Of a stretch of DNA of 64,000 nt, positions 63,640 through 64,000 are shown piece after piece. The position numbers and the translations under genes are program-made. Numbering within the stretch: the first letter of the stretch is position 1; each line of letters begins with the position of its first letter. The stretch lies in the IMG/VR virus record IMGVR_UViG_3300020048_005080. One strand, written 5' to 3'. This DNA is from a virus. The notes below the pieces were generated by a model. That model was not told where the DNA came from. It made no database searches and worked only from the letters and a program-made list of their open reading frames with translations.

Positions 63640-64000
63640 CCCCCAGGTATAATAGATCACCTTACCGTCAATATATTCCTTCCATGTTTTTTCCCATGGA
63701 CCAGATATTAACATAGTTAAGCATCCTTTACTATTTGCTATTCTATGATAAGAATCCCTAGGAAACCACTTAAATATTGAAGTTCTTCTCTGAATATAAT
63801 ATTCTCCTGTCTCTTCAGATGTAAGAATGTGTTCGTCATATTCACCAAAGAACTTAATAGATAAAGCATTAAATGCGTGTGTATGAAATCTATCTTGAGA
63901 CTTTGTAGATTTATGAAAATAGAAGAAAATGATACTACCTATCCATTTCAGCTCAAAGACTACAAACTGAGAAACTATCTGGTCTCCAAATTCGAATCTG
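63640..64000 (-). CDS. hypothetical protein (5' truncated at window edge)
   Basis: The ORF has no stop codon before the window edge. It ends ...VIYYTWGRK with a TAA near 63640. Confidence 0.4.

Noticed and set aside
1-64000. Possibility that the window is a Flavobacteriia chromosome segment, because it carries a host-like sigma A, ABC transporter, two-component system, ThyA and Prs.
   Set aside because: Gene density of very short ORFs, HNH, GIY-YIG and KxDG RNA ligase together with PTH2, a minimal CCA enzyme and NAMPT argue for a large phage. So do the reiterated phage-style promoter cassette, the pervasive ATGA overlaps, the endolysin with lipoprotein, and the shared N-terminal tags. No ribosomal or core housekeeping genes are present.
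1-64000. CRISPR arrays, tRNA or tmRNA genes, and integrase or attachment sites.
   Set aside because: I found no spaced direct-repeat arrays and no cloverleaf-compatible stretches with a GTTC-type T-arm in the non-coding gaps. No tyrosine or serine recombinase ORF is present. The repeats that exist are intragenic coding repeats.

Overview
The window is AT-rich (about 30% GC), densely coded, and contains about 100 mostly short ORFs. There are no rRNA genes, no tRNAs I could recognise, and no CRISPR arrays. I read it as an accessory, non-structural region of a large (probably jumbo) bacteriophage that infects a Bacteroidota/Flavobacteriia-type host. Three things support that. One sigma factor (58872..59738) is a near copy of the short Bacteroidota primary sigma A. 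Promoters carry the Bacteroidota -7 TAnnTTTG element together with a conserved upstream AAATCATTTTTTT box. The gene content is the usual phage auxiliary set: ThyA, a NAMPT plus a PRPP-synthetase-like pair for NAD salvage, and a multi-gene RNA/tRNA repair set (KxDG RNA ligase, macro domain, PTH2 peptidyl-tRNA hydrolase, CCA-adding enzyme, Pol-beta nucleotidyltransferase, HAD and two calcineurin-like phosphoesterases, AAA ATPase). It also carries a lysis set (GH19 endolysin with a PG-binding domain, a lipoprotein, a second GH19-like enzyme, a CHAP peptidase, an L,D-transpeptidase-like protein), a Dda-like helicase, a ClpP-like protease, HNH and GIY-YIG-like nucleases, and a secreted non-specific nuclease. 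Less expected are a PAS histidine kinase with a receiver protein, an ABC transporter whose binding protein is fused to an OmpA domain, a flotillin, a vWA protein, and a SpeH AdoMetDC next to a deoxyhypusine-synthase-like enzyme for polyamines. Two paralogous nucleoside deoxyribosyltransferase/DNPH1-like proteins are also present. Two items I could not match to anything described. First, a family of at least nine proteins shares an N-terminal M-[KRE]-[HYN]-[LI]-[KE]-x-[IYF]-E-x-F tag, and three are lytic enzymes, so I suspect a capsid-targeting or packaging signal. Second, a reiterated roughly 45-nt promoter cassette sits in front of at least ten transcription units. Rho-independent terminators are clear at several gene junctions. 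No capsid, portal or terminase genes are visible.
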